Shown here piece after piece: positions 8,889 through 17,566 of a stretch of 46,577 nt of DNA. The stretch comes from Acidobacteriota bacterium (GTDB lineage: Bacteria > Acidobacteriota > UBA6911 > RPQK01 > JBHHYX01). The stretch is taken from NCBI GenBank assembly GCA_046757765.1, contig JBHHYX010000002.1, forward strand, positions 1 through 46,577. The letters are read 5' to 3'. The translations under genes and the position numbers were made by a program. The notes under the pieces were generated by a model. The model did no database searches, was not told the DNA's origin, and saw only the letters and a list, made by a program, of their open reading frames with translations. Positions within the stretch are counted from its first letter, which is position 1. Every line of letters starts with the position of its first letter.

Positions 8889-10835
8889 ATGAGCGTCTCT
8901 GGAAATCCGTATCTCAGCCGGGTCATGATTCGAAATCCTTTGGATTTCTTTGGCAGGCGCCGAGAGCTACAGCGCATTTTTTCCCGCATTGGCGCCGAGC
9001 GCCCGCAGAGCGTCTCGATTGTGGGCGAGCGCCGAATTGGGAAATCCTCGCTGCTCTACCATCTCAGCTGTCCCGAGATTCGCCAGAGATACCTGGGAGA
9101 AAAGACGTCGCTTCGGATGGTCTTCCTGGATTTTCAACAACTGAGAGACATGGGTATCGCTGGCTTCTTCCAGCACCTGTTCGAGAAGATTACCCTTGTC
9201 GATCCTGAGGTCAAGATCGCGGTCCCACCGGGCTATCGAGCCTTTCAGAGGATTCTCGAAGACTTCCAAAAGGAAGAAAAGGGACTCGTTCTCCTGTTGG
9301 ATGAATTCGATGCCGTCACCTCCAATCCGGTTTTCACCACCGAGTTCTATTCGTTCCTGCGGTCGGCAGCCAATCACTACCCGGCGGCCTACGTCACCAC
9401 CTCACAGACTGAGCTGCAACGACTCTGCCATTCCTCAGAGGTTTCGGATTCTCCATTCTTCAACATCTTCACCAATCTTCATCTCAGGTGCTTCGAGCGG
9501 GAAGAGGCCCTGGAGATGATCGCCCGACGTTCCTCGGAACAAGGAGTGCCGCTGATCCGGTTCGCAGACGAGATTCTGGAGTTGGCTGGACAGTTTCCCC
9601 TTTTTCTTCAAATCGCTTGTTGCCTCTATTTCGACAAATGTGCCGAAAGCTGCGAGGCCCGACCGGACCCGGATGAAATCCGGGAGCAGTTTCTCGAGGA
9701 AGCGGGACCCCACTTTGAGTATTTCTGGGAACACGTCTCGCTTGAAACACGTGTCCTGCTCAGAAGGGTTCTTGGCGGCGAAAGGCCGAGGCCGGACGAG
9801 CTGCATTTGTGCCGCAAGCTGAAACGGGAAGGATATTTGATCGACCGGCCGGATGGACTGGCCATCTTCTCCTCGGCATTTGGCCATCACATCGCCACAC
9901 TGGAAAGCTCGGCCACTCGGCGAACCCTTCATACTCCTTTACTTTCTGAGCCGGAAGACCCTCTCTCCTCGGGAACCCAGGTGAACCAGTATCGACTTCT
10001 CTCCCGGGCGGGGGAAGGAGGCATGGGAGTGATCTACCGAGCTGAGGATTGCGCTCTCACCAGGAACGTGGCTCTGAAATTCATACAGCCAGGGTGTCTT
10101 CGCGATGAAACCGCCCGCAAGAGATTTCGCTCCGAGGCCCGCCTGGCAGCTTCCCTGAATCACCCCGCGATCACCTCAGTCTACGAGTACTTCGAAGTCG
10201 ACGGCCAGGTGGTCTTGGTGATGGAATGGATCGATGGTGAAACGCTCAGGCAACGTATCCGAGACCAGGGTCCGGTAGAGTGGCCTGTGCTCACCGCCTG
10301 GTTGATGGAGGTTTGCGATGGTCTGGAGGCAGCCCACGCCCAGGGCATCATTCACCGTGACATCAAATCCTCAAATCTCATGATCACTCCTTCCAACCAT
10401 ATAAAAATCATGGATTTTGGGCTAGCCAAGCGGTGGAGCGATGAGACTCTGCACACTGCGACATCTCAACTGACCGAGAAGGGGGGCTTGCTGGGAACCC
10501 TCAACTACATGTCCCCCGAGCAGATCCGGGGCGAAGCCTTGGATTGCCGGAGCGATCTTTTTTCGCTGGGCGTGGTTTTCTTTGAAGCGTTGACGGGGCG
10601 ATTACCCTTCGGCAGGCAAACACCAGCGGCACAGATGCAGGCTATTCTTCACGAACCGCAGCCTCACCTGGCTCTCTACCAGATCGAGCAAGCGCAACGC
10701 TTGGATACAATTGTCCGAAGGCTGTTGGAAAAGCGTCCCCGGGATCGCTATCTCAGCGCGGCCAGGTTAAAGGAAGACCTGGTCAATCTGTCGCGCGGGC
10801 GAAAGAGGGTGCTGACCTGGTTGCGGGGGAGATAG
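8889..10835 (+). CDS. P-loop (STAND/AAA_16-like) NTPase fused to a C-terminal Hanks-type Ser/Thr protein kinase
   Basis: N-terminal part: FFGRRRELQRI...VSIVGERRIGKSSLL (Walker A) and LVLLLDEFD (Walker B). C-terminal part from about nt 9987: GEGGMGVIYRA, VALK, HRDIKSSN, DFG and SPE kinase subdomains. Confidence 0.85.
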   Translation: MSVSGNPYLSRVMIRNPLDFFGRRRELQRIFSRIGAERPQSVSIVGERRIGKSSLLYHLSCPEIRQRYLGEKTSLRMVFLDFQQLRDMGIAGFFQHLFEKITLVDPEVKIAVPPGYRAFQRILEDFQKEEKGLVLLLDEFDAVTSNPVFTTEFYSFLRSAANHYPAAYVTTSQTELQRLCHSSEVSDSPFFNIFTNLHLRCFEREEALEMIARRSSEQGVPLIRFADEILELAGQFPLFLQIACCLYFDKCAESCEARPDPDEIREQFLEEAGPHFEYFWEHVSLETRVLLRRVLGGERPRPDELHLCRKLKREGYLIDRPDGLAIFSSAFGHHIATLESSATRRTLHTPLLSEPEDPLSSGTQVNQYRLLSRAGEGGMGVIYRAEDCALTRNVALKFIQPGCLRDETARKRFRSEARLAASLNHPAITSVYEYFEVDGQVVLVMEWIDGETLRQRIRDQGPVEWPVLTAWLMEVCDGLEAAHAQGIIHRDIKSSNLMITPSNHIKIMDFGLAKRWSDETLHTATSQLTEKGGLLGTLNYMSPEQIRGEALDCRSDLFSLGVVFFEALTGRLPFGRQTPAAQMQAILHEPQPHLALYQIEQAQRLDTIVRRLLEKRPRDRYLSAARLKEDLVNLSRGRKRVLTWLRGR

Positions 10836-10838
10836 CGG

Positions 10839-13800
10839 CTAGACTGCGAGAAGGTACCCTTTGGCCGGAGTGCCGGTGATCCGGGAGAGCGCGAACACGT
10901 ACCATTGGACCTGTCTCTCGTAGTGGGTCCTTCTGGCGTCGAGATTCGCATCGGTCTTGAAATCCAGGACAATCCAACGACCCTGCTCCAGAAAGGTGAG
11001 GTCAATGGACCCTTCCAGAGTGCGGCCGTCCTCAAGGTTCAGGAGCAGGGGGAACTCGCGGTGGCAGTGGTTTGAAGCTCGTGCCCGCTGCAGCAGGGGA
11101 TGGCGCAGGGTGGCCTTAACGGAGTCCACGGCTGCCCGGACTTCTTCCCTCGTCGCCTGCATCACTCGGCCGTGGTAGCGGGCCAGAGAGAGGATCTCCG
11201 TTGCCCCAGCGGCGAGGTCGACATCTCTCAAGACTGTATGGACCAGGGTTCCAAAGCGCCGCCCGGAGGGGCGTTGCTCCGGTCGTTCCAGAATCTCCGC
11301 CTCAATGCTGCCAGACAGATTCTCCGGCAAAGCGGTCGCTTCGCTGGCTGTAAAGACTCGAAACTCCGGCTCCCCTCCCCGGTCCAGAGCCGCGGCTCGC
11401 CGTTCCTTCCACTCCAGATACTGTTGGAGTCCCTGGTCGGCCGTCTTTCTCCCCTTGTCTTCACTGAGAACCTCTTCCTCGCGCAAGCCGAAATGTCCCT
11501 CCGCCCCCAGGTTCAAGACCGCAGGATCCCACCAGACCACCTGATGCCCGCCTGCCTGGGGCCGGTGTCGACCCGGCTTAATGGAGGGCGGCTGAGAACC
11601 CGGGACCCGGCTCGGGCCCGCCAAGATCGTCGTTTCGCCAAAGTCGGGGCACCCGGTTGCGGGCTGGGATCCCCGTCGATCCCGTTGGGCGGGATAGAGA
11701 GCGGGACTGAGCGGGTCCACCCAGCCGTTCAGGGGAGCGTCACCCACGGCGGGGACCACCAGAATGTCGCGCGCGCGCGTGGCGGCTACATAGGCGATTC
11801 GGATTCCCTCGGCTTCATCGCGCCGGTGCTCCAGACCCGCATTCTGCTTGAGGTCGAGTGGCGAGCACCCCAGGACTCGAGTCGCGCACAGTCCCCGCTC
11901 CAGGTCCACGAACTTGTCGGGTTCGGCCTGGGCCAGCCTGGCCGTCATGTCGGCCAGGATGACGACGGGGAACTCGAGTCCCTTGGCGGCATGCAGCGTC
12001 ATGATGCGGACTCCTTCGGCGCCTTCTTCCAGAACCGGGGATTCCACCGATCGGACTTTCTCGGCTTCCTCCTCGAGTCGTTCCACAAAACCCCTATAGG
12101 AGATCCCTCCGCCGATCTCGAATCGCCTCGCCATGTCGCAGACCCTTTGGACATTTGCCAGCACCTGGTCGCCGGCCGGCCTGAGGGCAAAACCGGCGTG
12201 GGCTCGAGTGAAATCCAGGATCTCATTCACCGTTCGCACAATGGGCCGGTGATTTCGACGGCGGTGCAGATCGGCCAGCAGGCCCAAAGCCTCGGACACC
12301 GGAAGAAACGTCTCATCCAGATCTTCCGGTAGTCGCCGAAAGGGGTGAAGGGGGCCGATTTCCTTTCGAAAACGAAGCAGGACGCTGTCGGCAACTGCAA
12401 AAAGAGATCCCTTCAGGGTGGCAAAGACTGAGAGTTCATCATCCGGCCACTCAACGGCGGTCAGTGCCGCGCGCAGGGTCCCCACTTCATCACGCCGGTG
12501 GAAGGTCCGTGAGCCCACCAGAAGGTGGGGAACGGAGCGCACGTCCAGGGCACGAATGTAGGGGCGTGTCACGTCACGTCCATAGGACATGAAGCGACGG
12601 AAAAGAATGCAGACGTGCCTGGGCAGAAGATCCATCTCCTGGCGGGGATCTTCCGGATTCCTGACCTTCCAGCCGCTTTCGTTGAGCAGCCACTCAACGA
12701 AGGACGCCACCGTCTCGGGAAGACACTCCTCCACCGCCCGGCGGGTGATCCTGAACCAGCCGTAGGGCCGAGGAGCCGGGAGGGCGATCAGCGCGGGATG
12801 GTGGGTGCTGGGCGGCCCCTGCTCCAACAGAGGAACGTAGTCCGGCTGCCCGCTCTCCACGTCCCCATTCATGGCCTTCTCGAAAGCGGCGTTGACCGCC
12901 TGTTGAAGAGGTCGGACGGACCGAAAATTCCGCTGCAAATAGAGAAGATTCACACCTGAGGCAGTGAGGATTTTCTTAACCTCCTGATAAAGGAGCACAT
13001 CGGCGCGCCGAAAACGGTAGATCGACTGCTTGGGGTCGCCCACCAGGAAAAGCTTTCCTGGAACCACCCGGATGTTCCGCCAGTCACTGACGCTGGGGTC
13101 GTCCGCCGCCAGCAACAGCAGAATCTCGGACTGCAGCGGGTCGGTGTCCTGAAACTCATCGACAAAAAGGTGGGTCAACTTCTTCTGGAAGTCCCGACGG
13201 ACGGAAGGATTGTATCGAACCAGGTCGCGGGCTTTGAGGAGCAGGTCCACAAAATCGAGGCCGCCGACCCTGCGTTTCAGCTCCCCGTACTCTGCCACCA
13301 GTTGCTGAAACTCGTCCTGAAGGGCCGCCGCCAGGTCCGCGTCGGCCCGCCGCTTGAAATGCTCCAGTGCTTGAACCAGGTTCTCGCGTTCCCGCACCAT
13401 TTCTTCTCGCGCCACGCCATGGGCAAAAAAGCCTCTCCCTTTTCTTTTGTCCCGACTGAGTTCGCTGGTCAGGTTCAGGAGCCGGGCCTCGAGGTCATTG
13501 TAGTCCCGCTCTCGCGTCGATTCCGCCTTTTCCAGATCCCTGGTGAAAAAGCGTGCCGGACGTAAGGCCATCCTCAGATAATCCCTTTCATAGGAGCACT
13601 TTGCACTCTTCTCAGCCAGGGCGAAGACGTCAGGAAGGAGAGCATCAATTTCCGATTGTCTGTCGAAATCCTCCCGTCCCCAGGGAGCCGCAAAATCCCG
13701 CCATTCGGCAAAGATCCAGCCAGCGTCGCGAATCCGCTCCAAAGGAGAAACCGGGCGAAAGGATTTCCAGGTGGCGATACGGCTGAGGGCGCGGGCGAGG

Positions 13801-14273
13801 CTCTCGGGCATCTGGTTCAATTTACGCTGAATCCACGACTTGAAGGCTCGATCGAAGAGACGAGGCCCCTCTTCTTCCGAGAGTTCCGCGAAAGCGGGAT
13901 CGACTCCGGCCTCCACCGGTCGTTCCCGCAGCAGGTCGGCACAAAAGGAGTGGATGGTCCCGATCCGGGCCTCCTCCAGCCGGGATATGGCTCGTTCCAG
14001 ATGACGCCGCTCTTCGCTATCGGTGGTCTCCGCTCGCGCCTTTTCCAACTCCAGTCGCAGGCGCAACTTCAACTCACCCGCGGCCTTCCGAGTAAAGGTC
14101 ACGGCTACCACACCCTCAACTCCCGCTTTGCCCTTCTTCAGGACCGAGACGAGACGTCCCACCAGCTCAGTGGTCTTTCCCGTGCCGGCAGCCGCCTCCA
14201 CGATCAAGCTTTCATCCAGCGAAGAACGGATTCTCTCTCTCGCGGCCCCGTCGTCTAAAGAACTCACGTCCAC
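10839..14273 (-). CDS. UvrD-type helicase with C-terminal PD-(D/E)XK nuclease (AddA/RecB-like)
   Basis: The 1144-aa product has Walker A AAAGTGKT, FVDEFQDTD, VGDPKQSIYRFRRA and TLHAAKGLEFPVV...YVAATRAR, plus the C-terminal nuclease motif GSIDLTF...IVLDFKTD. Confidence 0.9.
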   Translation of the reverse strand: MDVSSLDDGAARERIRSSLDESLIVEAAAGTGKTTELVGRLVSVLKKGKAGVEGVVAVTFTRKAAGELKLRLRLELEKARAETTDSEERRHLERAISRLEEARIGTIHSFCADLLRERPVEAGVDPAFAELSEEEGPRLFDRAFKSWIQRKLNQMPESLARALSRIATWKSFRPVSPLERIRDAGWIFAEWRDFAAPWGREDFDRQSEIDALLPDVFALAEKSAKCSYERDYLRMALRPARFFTRDLEKAESTRERDYNDLEARLLNLTSELSRDKRKGRGFFAHGVAREEMVRERENLVQALEHFKRRADADLAAALQDEFQQLVAEYGELKRRVGGLDFVDLLLKARDLVRYNPSVRRDFQKKLTHLFVDEFQDTDPLQSEILLLLAADDPSVSDWRNIRVVPGKLFLVGDPKQSIYRFRRADVLLYQEVKKILTASGVNLLYLQRNFRSVRPLQQAVNAAFEKAMNGDVESGQPDYVPLLEQGPPSTHHPALIALPAPRPYGWFRITRRAVEECLPETVASFVEWLLNESGWKVRNPEDPRQEMDLLPRHVCILFRRFMSYGRDVTRPYIRALDVRSVPHLLVGSRTFHRRDEVGTLRAALTAVEWPDDELSVFATLKGSLFAVADSVLLRFRKEIGPLHPFRRLPEDLDETFLPVSEALGLLADLHRRRNHRPIVRTVNEILDFTRAHAGFALRPAGDQVLANVQRVCDMARRFEIGGGISYRGFVERLEEEAEKVRSVESPVLEEGAEGVRIMTLHAAKGLEFPVVILADMTARLAQAEPDKFVDLERGLCATRVLGCSPLDLKQNAGLEHRRDEAEGIRIAYVAATRARDILVVPAVGDAPLNGWVDPLSPALYPAQRDRRGSQPATGCPDFGETTILAGPSRVPGSQPPSIKPGRHRPQAGGHQVVWWDPAVLNLGAEGHFGLREEEVLSEDKGRKTADQGLQQYLEWKERRAAALDRGGEPEFRVFTASEATALPENLSGSIEAEILERPEQRPSGRRFGTLVHTVLRDVDLAAGATEILSLARYHGRVMQATREEVRAAVDSVKATLRHPLLQRARASNHCHREFPLLLNLEDGRTLEGSIDLTFLEQGRWIVLDFKTDANLDARRTHYERQVQWYVFALSRITGTPAKGYLLAV

Positions 14274-14516
14274 TCAGCGGTCCTCGGGGGATGCCGTGAC
14301 TTGACATCCCCGCTTCTCCGATTGCCAATCTCCATTCCATGACTCGTCGTGGCGGGCGTCCTTCCCGACACAGCCGGTTAGAGGTGGTTCGGTGATCATG
14401 GGCGCCAGCAGGCACGACGAACGACGATTCTCGCGGGCAGTCTACCATGAAATCGCTCGTCGTTCGGAAAGCGGTAAGACTTGACACTCCGGCTGGCTTT
14501 ACGGCAGACTCCCGCA

Positions 14517-14987
14517 ATGCGAGGTGTGCTCTGGTTGGCATTGCTCTGGAACATCTTCATGCCGCTGGCAGTCCGGGCCCAGTCCGAGGAGAGGGCAGTC
14601 ACTGCGGCCGTACAACGGCTTTTTGACGCTATGGCCAGGCGGGATGCCGCCGCGGCTCGAAAACTGATGCTGCCCGAGGGACGACTGTTTTCGGTTCACC
14701 AGGAAACCAGCGAGGTGCGCGCCGGACCCACTAATCTCCAGTGGGCGGAGGCGCTGGCCGACGGCAATGGTCGTTACCTGGAGCGGATGTGGAACCCCAA
14801 GGTCATGATCCACGGTCGCATCGCCGTTCTGTGGGCCAAGTATGATTTTCACCTCAACGGCCGGTTCAGCCACTGCGGCGTGGACTCAATCGACCTGGTC
14901 AAGACGTCCGAGGGCTGGAAGATTGCCGGAGGACTCTACACCGTCGAGCGGAAAGGCTGCTCGCCGAGCCCGCTGGGTCCACCGTAG
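14517..14987 (+). CDS. Secreted NTF2-like (DUF4440/SnoaL-like) protein
   Basis: A signal-like N-terminus (MRGVLWLALLWNIFMPLAVRA) is followed by an NTF2-like pattern: AVQRLFDAMARRDAAA...HGRIAVLWAKYDF...EGWKI. The ORF is open from TTG 14481. Confidence 0.6.
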   Translation: MRGVLWLALLWNIFMPLAVRAQSEERAVTAAVQRLFDAMARRDAAAARKLMLPEGRLFSVHQETSEVRAGPTNLQWAEALADGNGRYLERMWNPKVMIHGRIAVLWAKYDFHLNGRFSHCGVDSIDLVKTSEGWKIAGGLYTVERKGCSPSPLGPP

Positions 14988-14997
14988 AGGCGTTGCT

Positions 14998-15456
14998 TCA
15001 ACCCCTCCGCTCTCCAAAGTTCTTGAGCCAACCCAGGACCAGGGGCCAGCCCTGGCTGTGATTCTTGAAGGCCTCGGGGTACCCGGCAAAGCCGCCGTGG
15101 GTCATTGTCAACCGCGTACCCGTCTCGACCGGCTTCAGATCAAAGACCACCACCGTGGCAGGTCCCATTTCCTCCCAGCTCGGCTTCCAGGAGAAGCTGA
15201 GCCGGCGTGGGGGATCGATCTCCAGGTACTCCCCAGAGACCTCAAAGGGGCGACCGTCGGCATTTTTCCCCTGGCTCAGGTAGCGGCCGCCCACCCTCAG
15301 ATCCACGATCCAGGAGTCGGATCGATAAACCGAATCGTCGCCCCACCAGTCCGTCAGCTGATCAGGAGTGGTCAAGGCCCTGAAGACACTCTCGGGCGGG
15401 GCCTCGATCTCAACCTGAATCACGATCTTATCCTGGGTCTTAGTGCTCACTGTCAT
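14998..15456 (-). CDS. SRPBCC/AHSA1-domain protein
   Basis: IEAPPESVFRALTTPDQLTDWWG...LSFSW...TRLTMTHGGF is typical of Aha1-like SRPBCC proteins encoded after arsR. The ATG at 15456 overlaps the arsR 3' end. Confidence 0.85.
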   Translation of the reverse strand: MTVSTKTQDKIVIQVEIEAPPESVFRALTTPDQLTDWWGDDSVYRSDSWIVDLRVGGRYLSQGKNADGRPFEVSGEYLEIDPPRRLSFSWKPSWEEMGPATVVVFDLKPVETGTRLTMTHGGFAGYPEAFKNHSQGWPLVLGWLKNFGERRG

Positions 15457-15865
15457 GTGTCTGTTCTCCTTTCTTGCTTGTCCCATCCGGCTGGGCGGCC
15501 TTTGCCCCTCGGCCGTCGCCGGGCTGATCCTGACGCGACTCCACATAAGTTTTCAATCGATCCAGCCGGACCTGCCAGAATGTACGATAGGGTCCCAACC
15601 AGTGATCAATGTCGGCCAGGGGATCGGGGTTGAGATGGTAGAAGCGATTGCGGCCCTGCCGGTGTTCTCCCACCAGCCGCGCCTTGCGAAGGAGTCGAAG
15701 GTGTTTGGATATAGCCGGCCGGCTGACTGAAAAACCGGAGGCGATCTCCTTGACCGGCCGGCTGCCGCTGCGCAGCAAATTCAGGATGGCGCGACGAGTG
15801 GGATCCGCTATGGCTCGAAAAACCGTGTCTTCCCGGTGCGAGGCTTGCGCCAGTCCAACTTTCAT
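15440..15865 (-). CDS. ArsR/SmtB-family transcriptional regulator
   Basis: FRAIADPTRRAILNLL...PVKEIASGFSVSRPAISKHLRLLRKARLV is a winged-helix HTH_20 motif. GGAGCAGGAA precedes ATG 15865. An alternative ATG lies at 15889. Confidence 0.9.
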   Translation of the reverse strand: MKVGLAQASHREDTVFRAIADPTRRAILNLLRSGSRPVKEIASGFSVSRPAISKHLRLLRKARLVGEHRQGRNRFYHLNPDPLADIDHWLGPYRTFWQVRLDRLKTYVESRQDQPGDGRGAKAAQPDGTSKKGEQTHDSEH

Positions 15866-15919
15866 TTCCTGCTCCACGCTCCCATTCAACCGATCCGGCA
15901 GCCGATCAGAAAATAATCA

Positions 15920-15935
15920 GTAACCATATGGTTAC
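15920..15935. promoter_or_regulatory. Perfect 16-bp palindrome, probable ArsR-type operator
   Basis: GTAACCATATGGTTAC lies in an AT-rich patch 31-55 bp upstream of the arsR start candidates. An extra GTAAC half-site is at 15941. Confidence 0.45.
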
Positions 15936-16074
15936 CTATTGTAACTGGTTTGGAGGAGAGCGGTCAAGGTCTATTCTGGCTCACCCACCACTTGCCGGTC
16001 TGAGGGCGAACTCGATAGAGGTCGCCTGGCAGTGGGAGAACTCGTCACCTCGATCCAGGTCCTTTGAGGCTCCG

Positions 16075-16325
16075 GCTCGGTATCGGTATCGCTGTCGCTA
16101 TCCGTGATCCGACATCATGCGCATTGCTCCCCACCATCGACACTGGTGGGGTAGTCGGGTCTTCACCGGTATCGGAATCGGGTTCGCAATCGCTATCGCC
16201 GTCGATTGAACTATGGGCCCCAAGCGGTGCATTTTCTCAGGCGTGGGATGATCTGTGATATTGAGCCAGATCTTTTGGGAGTCGCGATCGGGATCGGTAA
16301 TCGACATCATGCCCATTCCTGCCTG
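16075..16325. repeat. Three degenerate copies of a repeat with 6-nt (NNNATC) periodicity
   Basis: Copies at about 16078-16130, 16167-16209 and 16283-16325. Example: GGTATC GGAATC GGGTTC GCAATC GCTATC GCCGTC. Two copies end in GACATCATGC(G/C)CATT. The reading frame is not conserved between copies. Confidence 0.5.
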
Positions 16326-16478
16326 CCATTGCAGTCCAGGTCGATAGCAATGACCGTCTAGTCGGGGAGTGTCACTGCAGAGCCAGATGGAGACCCTCGT
16401 CGGAGAAAGTTGTCGTCGGGCCTCCCGGCGATTCTGGTCTGAGCCCCAAGGGCGGATGACCCGGGCGATCGAAGCGGG

Positions 16479-17543
16479 CTATTCCCGGGGGTCTCTTGAG
16501 TGAGCGCTTTCCCGCAGCGCTTCCTGAAGAGCCCGGGCGACCAATTGATTTCCCCGGGCCGTAATGTGCGTCGTGAACAACCGGGCGTACTCTTTCGGGT
16601 CCCGCCTCTTGATTGCCATCAAATCCTCTCGCAGATCAACGACTTGTACCCGTTCCGAACGGACGCAGTGCAGCAGACGTGCGATCACCTCGAGGGAAGA
16701 GGATGAAGGATTCTTTTCGTACTGAATCAAAAGGACAAGATGAATCGCCCTCTGATTTGCGATTCCTGCCATTTGGCGGACTAATAAGCAGGCGATTTCT
16801 TCTCCTCGGGTGTTGACCGTCCGGCTCAGGGACCCTTCCAGCCAGTAGCTTGGAAAGGCCTTTCGCATCAGCTTGTAAAAGAAAAAACTGTAACCCGTCA
16901 CCTCCTTGAAGGTGCCCAAATCGAGGCCGGTCGGCGGCGGCACAGGCTGATTGTGCAACTGAAGGCGTCCCTCCTCAATCTGAAAGTAGGGCTTTCCTGC
17001 CCCGGAACGCTGTGACAGTTCGCAGCGGCGAACATCGTCGGAGATGAGACTGAGGATCACGAGGTCCGGTGCATACTTGCCAATCAATGCTTTGGCCCGC
17101 AGGCAAGTCTGGTCGAAGCCGTATCCGAACACCCCGGCGTTGATCACTGGTGTCCCCAGCAGCTGCTCAAGCGCTGCCGGCCAGGTCTCGCGGTCCGAGA
17201 CCTCATCACCAAAAGTGAAGGAATCCCCTGCCGCTATGACTAAGGGCGAATCCGGGAGATCCCCTTGTTCCTGCTCGCGGCCATTGGAGCGGAGGCCATC
17301 GGCGGTGATCGTGACCTTTTTCCCCCACAAGGCCCCCTCGGGCCATGACCCGGGTCTCGGAATCCAGCCCAGTTCAGCATCGTACCGAGCCGGGTAAGCC
17401 TCCCTGACATAGCGTAGCTCTGCCACCAGAAAGTTGGCCAAACGCCATTCCCACTTCCAGAGCCGGGCAGTAGTTTCCAGGATTCCGAAGGTCAGCAACA
17501 GAGTGGTCAGAGAGAGCGAGATGTGGGTGAGGATTCTCTTCAT
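16479..17543 (-). CDS. SGNH/GDSL-family hydrolase with N-terminal membrane anchor
   Basis: A TM anchor (ILTHISLSLTTLLLTFGIL) is followed by block I VIAAGDSFTFGDE. ATG 17543 lies 23 nt downstream of the stop of the preceding gene. The longer ORF reaching 17972 would overlap that gene. Confidence 0.7.
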   Translation of the reverse strand: MKRILTHISLSLTTLLLTFGILETTARLWKWEWRLANFLVAELRYVREAYPARYDAELGWIPRPGSWPEGALWGKKVTITADGLRSNGREQEQGDLPDSPLVIAAGDSFTFGDEVSDRETWPAALEQLLGTPVINAGVFGYGFDQTCLRAKALIGKYAPDLVILSLISDDVRRCELSQRSGAGKPYFQIEEGRLQLHNQPVPPPTGLDLGTFKEVTGYSFFFYKLMRKAFPSYWLEGSLSRTVNTRGEEIACLLVRQMAGIANQRAIHLVLLIQYEKNPSSSSLEVIARLLHCVRSERVQVVDLREDLMAIKRRDPKEYARLFTTHITARGNQLVARALQEALRESAHSRDPRE

Positions 17544-17566
17544 TCTGCTCGAGCGGAACCTCAGGG

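Noticed and set aside
16064-16361. Small ORFs in the hexamer-repeat locus as real genes: 64 aa (+), 72 aa (-), 30 aa (+) and 37 aa (+)
   Set aside because: The three DNA repeat copies are read in different frames by every candidate ORF, so the conservation is at the nucleotide level and not the protein level. No RBS support was seen.
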